DNA of 64,000 nt, from positions 2,914,001 through 2,978,000 of the forward strand of contig OZ251228.1 in assembly GCA_965240325.2 (NCBI GenBank), read 5' to 3'. This stretch comes from Rebecca billardiae RCC1528 (lineage: Eukaryota; Protista; Haptophyta). The notes below the pieces were generated by a model. It ran no database searches. It was not told where the DNA came from and saw only the letters and a program-made list of their open reading frames with translations. The first letter of the stretch is position 1, and each line of letters starts with the position of its first letter. Of this stretch, positions 47,041 to 59,497 are shown in pieces. A program made the translations under genes and the position numbers.

Positions 47041-47706
47041 TCGGTCAGAGTGGGCCGCATCGCGCGCCGCTGGCGCGCGCGCGCCTGCCGAGCGCGCGGC
47101 GCAGCGGGGCGGGGAGCGGCCGCAGCCGCGCGTGCGCAGCGTCACAGCCTCCTCTGCCGATGAGCTGCACTCTGCAGCATGCGGGTGGAAGGCTGCGGAC
47201 GTGCGCGGGCGCAGCATGGCGTCAACCACCCGCGCGCCTTCGTCGTCACTCGCCCTCCGACGACGGCGGCTACTCCGTGAGTGACTGTGACTGCGTCCGC
47301 CGCATCGGCTCATGCAGAAGACGAAGCGCTGAATGCTGATGGCGATGCGCACGCCACCGTCGGCCACCGACCGCCGCGCGGTCCGTACGCCGCGCCGGCT
47401 CGGGCTGACAGCGCCCGGCACCATATTGACACTGTGACTGTCATTATAATGGCGCAGCGTCGCCGCATCATCATGTAACAATGACACAACAGCAGCAGCT
47501 ACTGGGCCCATCGATCATCATGATGATTCGTCATCGCGAGTATGTCGTAGTAGATGAATGGACATTGATGAACGGTCGTTGAACCTGGGACTCGGTGAGT
47601 CTCGGTCTAGTCGACAGTCTCGGGACTGCGTCGCCCGACGGCCGCGCACCGGCGCAGTGCCGCCACTGCCAGGGAGGGCCAGCAGGCAGCCAGAGGGCCC
47701 ACGCGG

Positions 47707-48200
47707 TCAGAAGTCCAAGCCATCGGACGCGTGCGCGGCGCCGCTGGACAGCTTGAGCAGTGAGTCGAGCAGCTTGAGCTTCGTCTCCACGCCCTCGAGC
47801 GCCTCGAAGCCAGCCTCGCTCTGGGGCTCTCGCACGCCCTCGCGCGCCTCTGCCAGCGAGCGCTCGGCCTGCTCGATGGTTGCCACGGCCCTGTGCGAGT
47901 CCGGCGGTCGCGCGGAGTGGACAGCGTGAGACGCGCGTGGCGCGGCCGCCCGCGCGCCCCGAGCCCGCGCGCACGCGCCGCGCACCTGGGCGGGAAGCAG
48001 TCGGCATGCCGCTCGAGCAGCGTGCGCAGCGCGCCCAGCCGGCCGTCGTACACGGCGAGGCGGACGCCGACCTCGGCGCCTTTCCTGCGGCCGAGCTGCA
48101 GGCCCTCGCGCTCGCCCTCGGACTCGCCCTTGCGCCTGCCCTCCTCGAACCCCGCGCGCACGAGCTCGCCGTCAAGGTCGAGCACGTCCTCGATCGACAT
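47707..48200 (-). CDS. LTO1: LTO1/ORAOV1 (Yae1-N domain family) CIA adaptor for ABCE1/Rli1 Fe-S maturation; 132 aa, 2 exons
   Basis: complement(join(47707..47890, 47986..48200)), phase-2 GT-AG intron. GX3 repeat GFEEGRRKGESEGEREGLQLGRRKGAEVG. C-terminal tripeptide LDF matches the [LIM][DES][FW] CIA-targeting signal typical of Lto1 rather than Yae1. Confidence 0.85.
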
Positions 48201-48280
48201 GCTGCATCCCGCCGCCCTCACCTGGGCGCGCCCGGACCAGTGAGTGGCGGGCTGGCGGCGAACTCTCACCTCGATCCACG
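48201..48280. promoter_or_regulatory. Putative 80-bp bidirectional promoter/5' UTR region between LTO1 and the Tudor-AlkB gene
   Basis: Divergent ATGs at 48200 (-) and 48281 (+); inferred from position only. Confidence 0.5.
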
Positions 48281-49241
48281 ATGGGGTCGACGGCCGACGC
48301 CGACGCGCGCGTGGTCATCGGTGAGCGCATTCATGTGTACTGGCCGCTGGAGGACGCCTTCTTCGCGGGCGTGGTGCACGCGACGCCCGACAAGGACACG
48401 GCCGTCCGCTACGACGACGGCGACTTCCGCTGGCACGACCTCTCGCGCGCCGTGTGGCGGCGCGAGGCGGATCGTGAGCGCGAGGCGGCGGCGCTGGCGC
48501 CCGGCGCGCGCGTCGCGGTGTACTGGCCGGCGGAGGGGCGCTGGTTCGCGGGATCGATCGCGCGCCAGCCGGCGGATGGCCTGTGGCTCGTGCGCTACGA
48601 CGACGGCGACGTGCGGGTGCGTCGCACGCGGCGCGCGTTGTCACGCGCTCGCGCGCGCTGACCGCTCCCGTGTCCTCGCGCGCCGCCCTTTCGCGCCGCA
48701 GTGGCACGAGCTGGGGCGGTGCCTGTGGCGCCACGCCACGCGCGGTCCGCTGCGCGAGGATGACGCGCGCCCGCCGCGCTGCCTCGTGCCGCGCCGCGCG
48801 CCTCGCCGCCGCGCCGCGCGCGCGGCGCCGCGCGCGGCACGAGGCAGCGCGGCCGGGCGCGCGCCGGCTGCGCCGCCGGCCGCGGGCGCAGAGGGCGGCG
48901 ACGCGCCGCTGGCGGTGGAGGTGGACTACTTCCCGGCGGGCGTGATACGCCTGCGCGGCTGCCTGGACGAGGCCGCGCAGGCCGCGCTCGTCGAGTGCGC
49001 CCTGCTCGCCGGCTTCGAGCACCGCGCCACGCCGCGCGACGGCGCGTACACGCACGCGCGCGGCCAGCCGTCGATCGTGTGCCACTACAACTACTACGAG
49101 GCGCCCGCGCACGCGCAGCCGGCGCCGCTCGGCGCGCTCGAGCTCGTCGCGGCGCTGCTCGGCGCGTTCCGCGACGCGCTGCACGACGAGGCGCTCGCTC
49201 GCGCCGCGCTCAGCGCGCCCGGCCCGCCGCACGCCGCCGCC

Positions 49242-49289
<48 letters not shown>

Positions 49290-50006
49290 TGCTCGTCCCA
49301 GCCGTCCCTGGCTCTGCCGCCCGCCTCCTGCCTCGAGCGCAGCCTCGGCTCCGTGCTCTGCGTCACGTACGGCCACGCGGACGCGATGCACTGGCACGCG
49401 GACATGGCGGGCGAGGCGGCGGGCGGCTGGTGCGCGAGCGTGAGCATCGGCGCCGAGGCGCGCTTCGAGTACCTCCCACTGCCGTGCGCGCCGAGCGCGC
49501 TGTCGCGCGGCGCGGCGCGCGCGCAGGTGTGCGCGGAGGGCGTGTGTCTGCTGTCCGGCGACGTGCTGCTGTTCCACGGGGGGCTGCTGCCGCACCGCGT
49601 GGCGGGGCTGGGAGCGGCGCCGGCCGGCGCGGAGGGGGACCACGCCGGGCGGTGCGCGCCGCTCGGCCCGGGCGTCGCGCGCCTCGCCGTGCAGGTGCGG
49701 CCGCACGCGGCGAGCGAGGGGCACGACCTCGCGGCACTCAGGCGCGCGCCCGGCTGCGCGGGCTACGACATGGCGGCCGCGGCCGCGGCGCGCGAGCGCG
49801 CCGAGGCGGTGGGCGCGCGGATGCGCGAGGCGGCGGCGGCGGCGGCGGCAGCGCGGCGAGCGCGCGGGGAGCGCGGGAAGCGGCGCGCGGCCGCGCCGCG
49901 CGTCGAGGTGCGCGTGCAGTCGTGCGCGCAGAGCGTGCCTGAGCTGCAGCCAGCGGCAGAGGCGGCGGTCGCGCCGCCGCCATCCGAGCAGGCCGCGGCC
50001 GGTTGA
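48281..50006 (+). CDS. Tandem Tudor-like domains + AlkB-type 2OG-Fe(II) dioxygenase; ~546 aa, 2 exons
   Basis: join(48281..48616, 48702..50006). Two repeats G.R+.VYWP.E..+F.G...VRYDDGD.RWH.L. Dioxygenase motifs MHWHADM (HxD), SVSIGAEARF, LLSGDVLLFHGGLLPHRV (H), RLAVQVR. Confidence 0.82.
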
Positions 50007-50491
50007 TCGCGCGAGGCGGAGGCCGAGGCGGCTGCGCGGCAGTTGGGGTGACCGCGGGTGCGCCAGCGGCCCGCAGTGGCTGAGGCCGACTGGGGGCGCG
50101 GCCGCGCGCCGAGCAGGCGTGCACGTCACCGGCCGGCGGTGTCGACGCCTGGCTGCGCGCCCGCGGCTGTCTGGACAGACCCGTCCGCCGGATGCAGTCG
50201 TACTCGTAAGCGGCGTTGGCCAAGTCTCTCAGAACTCGTTCGAACGCCAATATCGTCGCGGGCGACGCCGCGACGAGTCTGTCGGCGCGACAGCACCTGC
50301 TGATGATGTCACCTTCCTCGTCGATATCGGCCGGAATGAGTATATTCATGACCGCCGCCGGGCCTGGCCTCCCCTGGGCCGGTATGGCGGCAGTGTCCGC
50401 CTGTCGTTAGTTTTATTCCTGAGGCCGGCGGATATTCGTCGTCGTCATCGAGTCATCAGCAGCGCGCATAGACAACCGCCCGGTTCGCCGG

Positions 50492-51271
50492 TCAGCAGAG
50501 GCGGAGCACGAAGTGGCGGTGCGCGAGGGCGAGGCCGCCCGAGAGGAAGCCCGCCGAGCCGAGCAGCCACGCGACGTGCACGGCCAAGAGCTGCGCCGAG
50601 CCCTCCGCCGGCGCCGCGTGCCAGAGCGCGCCCGTGCTCGCGAGGAAGCAGACGGCGCCCACGCACACGCCCAGCTCGACGCACGCGGCGCTGCGGCTGT
50701 CCGCGTCGGCGAGCACGCCGCCGGCCGCGCGCGGCGAGCGCGCGACGCGCGCAAGCCTGAGCAGCGTGCTCACGGCGATCATCGCCGAGCCGAGCACAAA
50801 CCCCAGGTAGCCGAGCGGCGGCGCCGCCTCCGCGAGGGCGGGGAGGAAGGCGGCTGAGCCGAGCGCGTACGCGCCATTGCCGCACAGCGAGAGCCACTCG
50901 GTGCGCACGGCCGAGGGCGGGCGCGCGCGCGCGTAGTCGCTGACGAGCTGGAGCGCGTCGGCGCCGCAAAAGTAGACCGAGCCGAGCAGGAAGCTCAGCG
51001 CGACCAGCGTGCCGTTCAGCTCCGTGTACGCGGGGAAGCACAGCGCAGAGCCCGCCACAAAGTGGAGCCCGCCGACCGACATCAGGCCCGAGCGGAGGAG
51101 GTGCCAGCCCACGCTCTCGTCGAGAGGCGGGGCGGCAGGCGCCGAGCTCGGCTTTGCCGAGTCGTGCGCCAGCAGCTTGGTGACCGGCGCCTCGTCCACC
51201 GACGACGGTGGCTCCGCGGCGGACGGCGCGCTCGCCGCCGTCCACGCCCTCCAGCTCGTCCACCGCGGCAT
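50492..51271 (-). CDS. YrhK-like multi-pass membrane protein (~6 TM helices in three helical-hairpin repeats); start uncertain (51271 or 51328)
   Basis: Repeated motifs GGLHFVAGSALCF, SFLLGSVYF, GNGAYALGSAAFL, GFVLGSAM, GAVCFL, WLLGSAGF resemble YrhK-type repeats. Confidence 0.7.
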   Translation of the reverse strand: MPRWTSWRAWTAASAPSAAEPPSSVDEAPVTKLLAHDSAKPSSAPAAPPLDESVGWHLLRSGLMSVGGLHFVAGSALCFPAYTELNGTLVALSFLLGSVYFCGADALQLVSDYARARPPSAVRTEWLSLCGNGAYALGSAAFLPALAEAAPPLGYLGFVLGSAMIAVSTLLRLARVARSPRAAGGVLADADSRSAACVELGVCVGAVCFLASTGALWHAAPAEGSAQLLAVHVAWLLGSAGFLSGGLALAHRHFVLRLC

Positions 51272-52765
51272 CGCGACAGGCTGGCGGCCGGGCGGGTGCT
51301 CGTGGCGCGGGGTCAGGGATGCCGCCATCCGAGGCGCGCGGCTTGCCCACAGAGACTGCGCGCTCGCTCGTGTGAGCACGCGGGCTCGGGCGGTGAAGGA
51401 GGCCCGCGTCAAGACGCACTGCGCCATCCCTCGTGTCAGGGCGGCATGCAGATTGGAGATTCGCGTCGGGACTCGGGGATTCGCGTCCGCCGGCTCACCC
51501 TCCTGCAGCAAGGCTCAAAGCCGCCGCCCGACGACGTTGCGTCCGCGACGATGCTGATTCATGCGTGATCACGTGATGGCGTGATCGAGCCCGCGAGTCG
51601 GGCGCGGGTGTGCTCACGCTGGCATGCGTGTCGTGGCGGCACCCTCCATGGCAGCGCGTCGGACGCTGTGCGCAGCGGACTCGGAGCGCAGGCTCGCGCG
51701 CGGCCGGGCGCGCTGCGCGCTGCGCCAGGCTCGGCGCAGCCCTGCGCAGCATCAATCAGCGCGCGAGCTTGCGCGTTGCCCGCCGAGCAGCTCGCCTGCT
51801 GCGTGCTCTGCATCGCGTACTGCGTGTATCAGTGGCAGCACCCGCAGTACGACGAGGCGAGTGCGGTCGGCGAGTCACAGCCGCCAGCTTGCATGCCGTA
51901 CCCGTGCGCGCGCTTGCACGCGGCTGTCCGCGCCGGCTCTGGGCGGCGGGCGCGCTCTGCCGTGACGATTGCCCTGCTCGAGCGCGGGCCACGGGGGCGT
52001 GCAGCCGTAGCCAGTTGCCAAGGCGGTCGACAACGGCGCGGGCGGAGTCTCGGCCCTGAGGCCACGATCCGCGTGAACTCGGCCACCGCGTCACATGTTG
52101 CCGCAAGCGCCTGAGACGCGGCGGCGGACGCGGCGGTGGTGAACCTGGCCTGCGAACCTGGCCTGTGCGGAATGAGCGCTCAACGCCACGCCGAGTGTAG
52201 AGAGCGCCACGCCGAACGCGGCGCGTGCATACAAGGGCGCTGAGACGTGCACGGGCGCGCCCGTCGGCACAGCGCGGCATGTCTTCAGTCTTGAACCTGG
52301 CTGGAGGAGTCCCATTTTTAGGCCGGCCATCATTTTGGGCAGGGCATGTTTCAAGTGATTGTCCAACTTGATTCTAACCATTGGTCCAGGTCCAACAGTC
52401 CAAAGTTTTGGGCGAATGTATTATTCCGCCATCATTTGGCTGACGAGCAGTTTCAAGTTCAAAGGGCACTCTGCACGCCGCCGCCGCCGGCAAGGGCCCC
52501 GCTTCTTACCCGCACTCATAGTCGGTCGGCCCGAATTTGGCCTATGTGCTGGCCCAAATTTGGCGCACGCGCGAGTATGATATGATAGTGGCCGGCGTGG
52601 CCGCCTGGCCGAAAATCAAGCGGCCGGTTTGAGTCGGCCTTGCACCTGCCTTGCGGTGGCTGCTTGCTTGCCTGCTGCTCGCTGCTTCGCTGCGCCGACG
52701 CCTCAGCGCCGGCCTCGTCTCCGCCCGCGCGCACGCCCGCGAGCACTACCCCCCGACCGACGAGC

Positions 52766-55095
52766 ATGCGCCGCCGCCTGAGCTTTGGGCGCAACGGCAA
52801 CCGCCGCGCCCCGAACGGCGCCGAGCCGCTGCCGGCGCGCGACGCGGGCGCGCCGCCCGCGCGCGGCCGTCGCTCCGAGCCGCCGGCCGAGCAGGAGCGG
52901 CGCGCGCCGCGCGCGCGCTCGGCGTCGCCGCCGCCTGCGGGCTCGCGCGACGCCAAGCCGCGCTCGGGCACGCTCGGCCGCAGCATGTCCTTCATGCGCC
53001 CGCGCCGCGAGCGCGCTTCGCGCGACCCGCCGTCGCCGCGCGACGAGCGCACGCCGATCCAGCGCGCGCGCGAGGAGCAGGCGCGCGGCGCGGGCGCGCC
53101 GCACGACGCGGGCGCGGACGGCGTGTACCGCACCTCCGCGCCGCTCGGCGCCGCCGCGCCCGGCGGCCCGCTCGAGCTCCCCGCGCGCTTCCTCGACGGC
53201 GAGCTGCGTGACGAGTGGGTCGCGTTTGCGCGCAGCGCGCGGATGCCGCTGCGGCGCGTGCGGGCGCTGCCGCTGCTGCCGCCGCGGCAGAGCGTGCGCG
53301 ACGCGTGGCCGGCGCGCCCCGCGGGCTCCTCCGCCCTGCAGGCCCCGTCGATGGACGCCTCGCACGTCCTCGAGGCCACGCACGCCGACGCGCGCCGCTT
53401 CTTTGACGAGCTGGACGCGCTCGTGGGCCGCGCGCGCGCCGCGCGGCCGAGGCTGGCGGAGGCGGCGTGGGCGGGCGGCGGCGGCGCGCGGCGCGAGGGC
53501 GGGCCGGCGCGCGACCCGCGCGCCGAGCGCGACGACTTCGCCGACGAGCGCCCCGCCACCGACCGCGGCTCGCGCGGCCGGCGCGACGGCCTCGGCGAGG
53601 ACGGCCGCGAGTACGGCGACGGCGCGCGCACCGCGCGGCACTCGCCCGGCCGCCGGCCGGCGCCGGCCGCGTCGGCGGGGCCGCGCGGCGGGCGGTACTC
53701 GGAGGAGGGCGCGTCCGCCGTGCCGCGCGTCCCCGAGACGCCCGCCGAGCTCGAGCAGCTCCTCGTCGCGCTCAAGGAGACCGCGGCGGACGGCGGCGGC
53801 CGGCTCGCGCTGCAGGCGCTCGTGCGAGCGGGCGCGCGCGAGCGGCAGGCGGCGGCGAGCCTCGCGGCGCCGTCGGCGGCGGGCGGCGCGTACGCGCGCG
53901 GCGGCGGCGGCGGCGGCGGCGGCGTGGGCGCGTACGAGCCGCACGCCGCCGCGCCGGCCACCGGCGCGTACGCCGCGCTCGGCGTCGCGGGCGGCGCGGC
54001 GCTCGGCGCGGCCGAGGGCGGCGCGCTCGGCGGCGCGCTGCCCGCGGCCGCGCAGACGGACACGCGCGCGGACGCGTCGCACGGCGGCGGCGCGCCGCGC
54101 GCGGTGCTCGGCGCGTCGGCGCTGCACACCTCGCTCGAGGGCCTCAAGTCCCTCGTCGGCGCCGCGTGGCGCCTCACCGAGCGCCTCACCGCGCGCGACG
54201 CGCGCGCCTTGCTCGAGGACCAGTTCTACCGCGTGGCCGAGTCGAGGCGCGGCTTTGGGTCGCTGCTCTCGCTGTGGCGCGAGCTGCTGCAGAGCTCGGG
54301 CGCGGCGGTGTTCCTGGACGAGGGGCGGCTGACGCTGCTCCCGTTCCGCGCCGTCTTCCTCTCCTCCCAGGCGCTCCACCTCGCCGTCTCGCACTGCATC
54401 GCCTTCTCCGCCGCGCACGCCGACGGCGCGTCGGACGAGGACGAGCCGGAGGGCTGGTGGGCGCGGCTGCGCGCGCTGCTCGCGGTCGCGTGCGAGCGCA
54501 GGCTGGGGCGCGCGCGCGTGGACGAGCTGGTGGACGAGCTGCGCGCGATGAGCGGCCTCGTGCGCGCGCGCGAGCCGCCCAGCCTCACCGTCTCCTCCGC
54601 CACGATGGACCGCCACGCCGCCGCGCGCGTGGTCGCGGACGCGGTGGTCGCGCGCGTCGACGGCGCGGTGCCGCGCGAGGCGCGAGATGCAATCTCGGCG
54701 GCGGTGGACGACCTGGAGCGGACGATGCTGCTGCGCGCGGCGCTGAGCGCGCAGCTGGACGCGCTGCTCGCCGCGGGCGCGCGCGCCGACGCCGCCCCCG
54801 CGCGCCGCGAGCTCGACCTCGCCCGCGCGCTGTGCGCCCTGCTGCCGATGGCCGCGCTCGACTCGATCAAGCGGCAGTACGGGCCGCAGGCGCTGATCGG
54901 GGCGCGCTCGCTCGACGAGGTGGTGGGCGCGCTCAACGCGCTCAAGGCGCGCGTGCTCGGGCCGGGGTGCGAGCTGATCGAGATCGACGGCACGCCCGAC
55001 GGCCCCGCGCGCCGCGCGCGCGCCGCCGACGCGTCGGGCGGCGCGCAGCCCGGCGGCGGGCCGCACCCGCACCCGGCCGCGGACCGAAGGCTGCT

Positions 55096-55146
<51 letters not shown>

Positions 55147-55943
55147 GCCGTACCCGCCCTCGGCGTACCGGCTGCTGGGCGTGGTGCACGTGCACGTGCA
55201 CGCGGTGCGGCAGGCGCCGGGCGCGCAGCCCACGCCGCGCCCGCCCAACTCCGTCGTCGTCGCGCGCGTGCGCTGCGGCCGGCAGAAGTTCACCTCGCCC
55301 GAGGCGCGGCTCGACGACGCGACCGGCGCGGCCGAGATTGCGCGCAAGGGCCACTTCAACCGCGTGCGCGAGGGGCAGCACGTGACGGTGGCGATCCTGC
55401 GGCGGCGCGCGCTGATGGACCAGACGCTGGGCGAGGTGCAGCTGCCGCTCGGACGCCTCGCCGCCGCCGCCGCGGCCAACGGCGGCGCCGCCTCCCTCCC
55501 CGCCGAGTGGCACGCCCTCTCCGCGCCGCGCTCTCTGCTCGGCGCCGAGCGGCCGCCGCCCGGCCTGCAGGTGCGCGTGTCGCTGCGCGCGGGCGCGGGC
55601 GGCTCGGTGTCGGAGACGGCGAACGTGGCGGACCTGGCGCGCCGGCTGTCGGGCGAGTGGTCCGGCCAGCTCGAGCACGGGCGCACCTCGCACTCGCTGC
55701 AGCTCACCCTCGCCTTCGCGCCCGACGGCACGGTGAGCGGCTCGGGCTCGGACGCGCTCGGAGCGTTTGAGGTTGCGCACGGCTCGATCGACTACGAGGA
55801 TGGCTGCCGCCTCTTCTTCGAGAAGCGGTACCAGGAGGCGGGCGCGGACGCGGGGGCGAGCCCGCTCGCCGCCGCCGCCGCGCGCGCGAGCGCCGCGCAG
55901 CGCGCCGCGCGCCGCCGCGCCGAGGCCGCCGCCGCGGCCGCGC

Positions 55944-55983
<40 letters not shown>

Positions 55984-56585
55984 GGACGGCGCGGCCGCCG
56001 CCGCCGCCGCGGGCACGCCGCGCGCGACGCTCGCCGCCGCGCCGGCGCGGCCGCCGGGCGCGCGCGGCCCGCGGCTCGCGCGGCGCTCGGCGCGCTCGCG
56101 CGCGCGCATGCTCGCCGGCGGCGCGCACGCCGACGACGGCTCGATCGACGCCGAGGGCGAGGGCGGCGGCGAGGGCGGCGGCTCGTCGGAGTGCTCGGAG
56201 TCGGGCTCGGACGAGGACGAGGAGGGGGGCGGGGCGCGCGTGCCCGCGCGCGCGTCCACCGTCTTCGAGGGGCGGCTGGACCCGGAGCGCGCGCTGCTCG
56301 AGGGGAGCTGGCACGTGGGGTACGCGCTCTCCGGCGTGCACCAGCACGAGACGCGCTCGTGGCACGACGTCGAGTGCACCCCGCTGCCCGCGCGCGCGCT
56401 GCAGCTGCCGCTGCACCTGCCCGAGATGTGGCGGCACCGCGACGACGTGCTCGGCGCGGCCGCGGACGCGGCCGCGGCCGCGGGGCTCTCGCGCGCGGAG
56501 CAGATGGACGAGAAGGAGTGGGCCGCGCTCGCCGAGCGGCTGCCGTGGTGGGAGGGCGGCGGCGCCGCCCCCGGCTCCGCGCGCC

Positions 56586-56616
<31 letters not shown>

Positions 56617-56629
56617 GATGGGCGGCGAG

Positions 56630-56685
<56 letters not shown>

Positions 56686-59466
56686 GCAGGCGGAGGCGGA
56701 CCGTCGCAAGCGGCGCGGCGTCGCGCTGCGCCGGCTGCACGCCGAGGCGCTGAGCGCGCGCTCGTACGTGCGCTTCCTGCCGCGGCTCGGCGCGCGCCCC
56801 GCGCCCGAGCTCTGGACACACGCGCAGGTCGTCCGCCCCTTCGTCATGGTCGAGGGCACCTTCCTGCTCTGGCCGAAGGGCGCGCCTCCGCACCGCGTGC
56901 TGCCGCACCTGCACGGCAGGCTGCGCGCGGTGCCGCTGCCGCCCGCGCACCCGCACCCGCCGGGCGCGGCGGAGGCGGGTGCGGCGGCGGGTGCGGGTGC
57001 GGGTGCGGCGGCGGACGGCGCGTCGGCGGCCGAGTCCAACGCCGACGGCCGCGGCCGCCCGCCGCGCACCGCGCAGGCGCTGCTGCTGCACGTGGGCGCC
57101 GCGTCCGCGCTGCTCGCGCCCGCGCACCTGGGCGCCGACGCCTCGCTGCTCAACCCGTACGTGGAGCTGGCGGTGGGCGGGGAGCGGACGGGCGCGCGGT
57201 TCATCACGCGGCCGGTGCTGCACGCGGACGGCCCGCGCTTCTCCGAGCGCTTCGTGCTGCTCGTCGACGGCGCGCGCGCCTCCGTCCCCGCCATGCCCGT
57301 GCACGTGATCGTGCGGCACCGCGTGCCCGCCGCGTTCGGAGGTCCGCCCGTGCACGCGTGCGAGCTGGAGGCGTGGCTGGACGACGCGCTGGCGTCGGCG
57401 CTGGAGGACGGGATCGAGGTGGAGGCGCGCGAGGCGGGGGAGGCGGCGCGCGGCGCCGAGCGCGCGCACGCCACGCCGCGCGCGGGGCGCACGATGGGCG
57501 CGATGCGCACGCTGCTCGGCGGCGGCGGCGGCGGCTATGGCGGCCATGGCGGCTATGGCGGCCTGCCTGGCGCGGACGGCGCGGACGGCGGCGGCGGCGG
57601 CGGCGGCGCGCTCGGCGGGCTGCTCGGCGGCGGCTCGCTCTACTCGGGCGCGGCGGCGCGGCGCGTGTGGCGCTTCCCCGTCCGCCCGCGCCCGCGCGAC
57701 GAGCTCCTCGGCCACGGCCGCGCCACCCTCGCCGAGCTGCTCGAGGGAGGCGGCGCCGAGCTCTCGCGCGACGCCTCGTACGCGGACGCGCTCGCGCACG
57801 CGGCGGCGGTGCTCGAGGTGGGCGGGCAGGGCGGGGCGAAGGTGCACGCGCACGAGGTGAAGCTGCACATCCAGGCGAGCACGCTCGTCGCGCACGCGCG
57901 CGTCGCCGCGCGCGTCGCCACGCGCTCGCTCGAGCGCATCGCCGACTCGCTGCCGTCGGGCGGCGGTTACGGCGGGTACGGCGGCGGTTACGGCGGTTAC
58001 GGCGGGTACGGCGGCGGGCACGCGGCGGCGCGCGCGCTCTCGCAGGCGGTCGCGGCGGCGCACGGCGGCTCGGCGATCTCCGCGTCGACCGCGCACGCCG
58101 CCGCCGCCGCGCAGCGCGCGCACGGCGTGCTCGGCGAGTCCGAGGTGTCCGCGCTGCTGCACGCGGCGCTGGGTGACGCGCAGGTGCGCGCGGGCGCGGT
58201 CGGGCTGAGCGGCGCGTACGTCGAGTGGGGCGTGGACGACGCGGACGTGGAGGAGGCGGCGACGCACACGCCGCGCGAGGCGCACGCGAGCCGCGCGTCC
58301 GAGACGCTCGGGCCCATCCCCACCCACGACCCGTACGCCGACGCGCGCCGGCGGCACGCGCTCACGCTCTACAGCTGGGAGGGCGCGGAGGCGCGGCGCG
58401 TGGCCGAGCGGTGGGACGAGGTGCGCGCGCGGCTGCGCGCGGAGCGGCGCGCGCACGAGGAGCTGCTGTGGCGCGCGCGCGCGGCGAGCACGCGGCTGCG
58501 CGGGCGGCAGCTCGAGCTCGCCTTCGCCTCGAAGCGGCTGCTCGAGCTCGAGCTGCTCGACAAGGCCACGCGCTTTGTGCTCGGCTGGGCGGACGAGGCG
58601 CGCGCGGCCGGCGCGGGCGCGGCGCGGCGCGCGGAGGCGGAGGCGGCGTACGCGGACCCGGCGACGGCGCTGACGGCGGGGCGGCTGCGCGAGCTGCCCG
58701 GCGCGGAGGCGGCCGTCGAGCGCCGGCCCAGGCTCGCCCCGCGCCGCTCCCTCCTCGAGCAGATCGCCACCGCCGTCGGCCTCTCCGCGGGCGGCCCCTC
58801 CGCGGAGCTGGGCGCGGAGTGGGGCGTGCTCGCGCGCAGGGGCGCGCGCTTCGAGCTCAACGTGGAGGACGAGGCGTGCGTGCTCACGCTCGAGGCGGTG
58901 GTGCGCGCGGAGCACGCGCTGGCGAGGGAGTGGCTCGCCGAGCTCGTCATGCAGATGGGCGCGGTGCGCGACGGCCGCGGCGCGCCCCACCGGCACCACG
59001 GCGGCCACGGCGGCCACGGCGGCCACGGCCGCGGGCGCGGCGCCGACGGCGAGTCGACGGCGGCGGCGGCGGCGGCGGCGACGTCGGGCCTCGGCTCGGA
59101 GGAGCACGCGCGGCTGCTGCGCGAGCTCGACGAGCTCGAGTCCGCCGGCGCCGCCGGCGGCCCCGGCCGCGCGCACGCGCAGTACATGGTCTCGCAGCGG
59201 CTGCGGCTGATGGCCATGCTCGAGCGGCACGAGGCGGCGCTCGAGGCGGGCTGGTGCGCGCAGCTGCGCAAGCTGTGGGCGGCGCGCGCGGTGCTGGGCG
59301 GCGTGGTGGAGGCGCTCGAGACGCTGCTGCCCGTGCACCACCGGTGGCAGAAGACGCTCGACAAGATCGCGCTGCACCAGCTCTGGACGCGCTGGCGCGC
59401 CACGCCGCACGACTGGACGGGCCGCGACCGGCGCGGCCGCGGGCTCGGCGCCAGGCTCGCGCAGGC

Positions 59467-59497
<31 letters not shown>

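Noticed and set aside
51495-52381. Short ORFs between the YrhK-like gene and the giant gene, including a transit-peptide-like MLRRAAPSLAQRAAR
   Set aside because: No clear codon bias, domain motif or coherent splice model. A small gene or pseudogene cannot be fully excluded.
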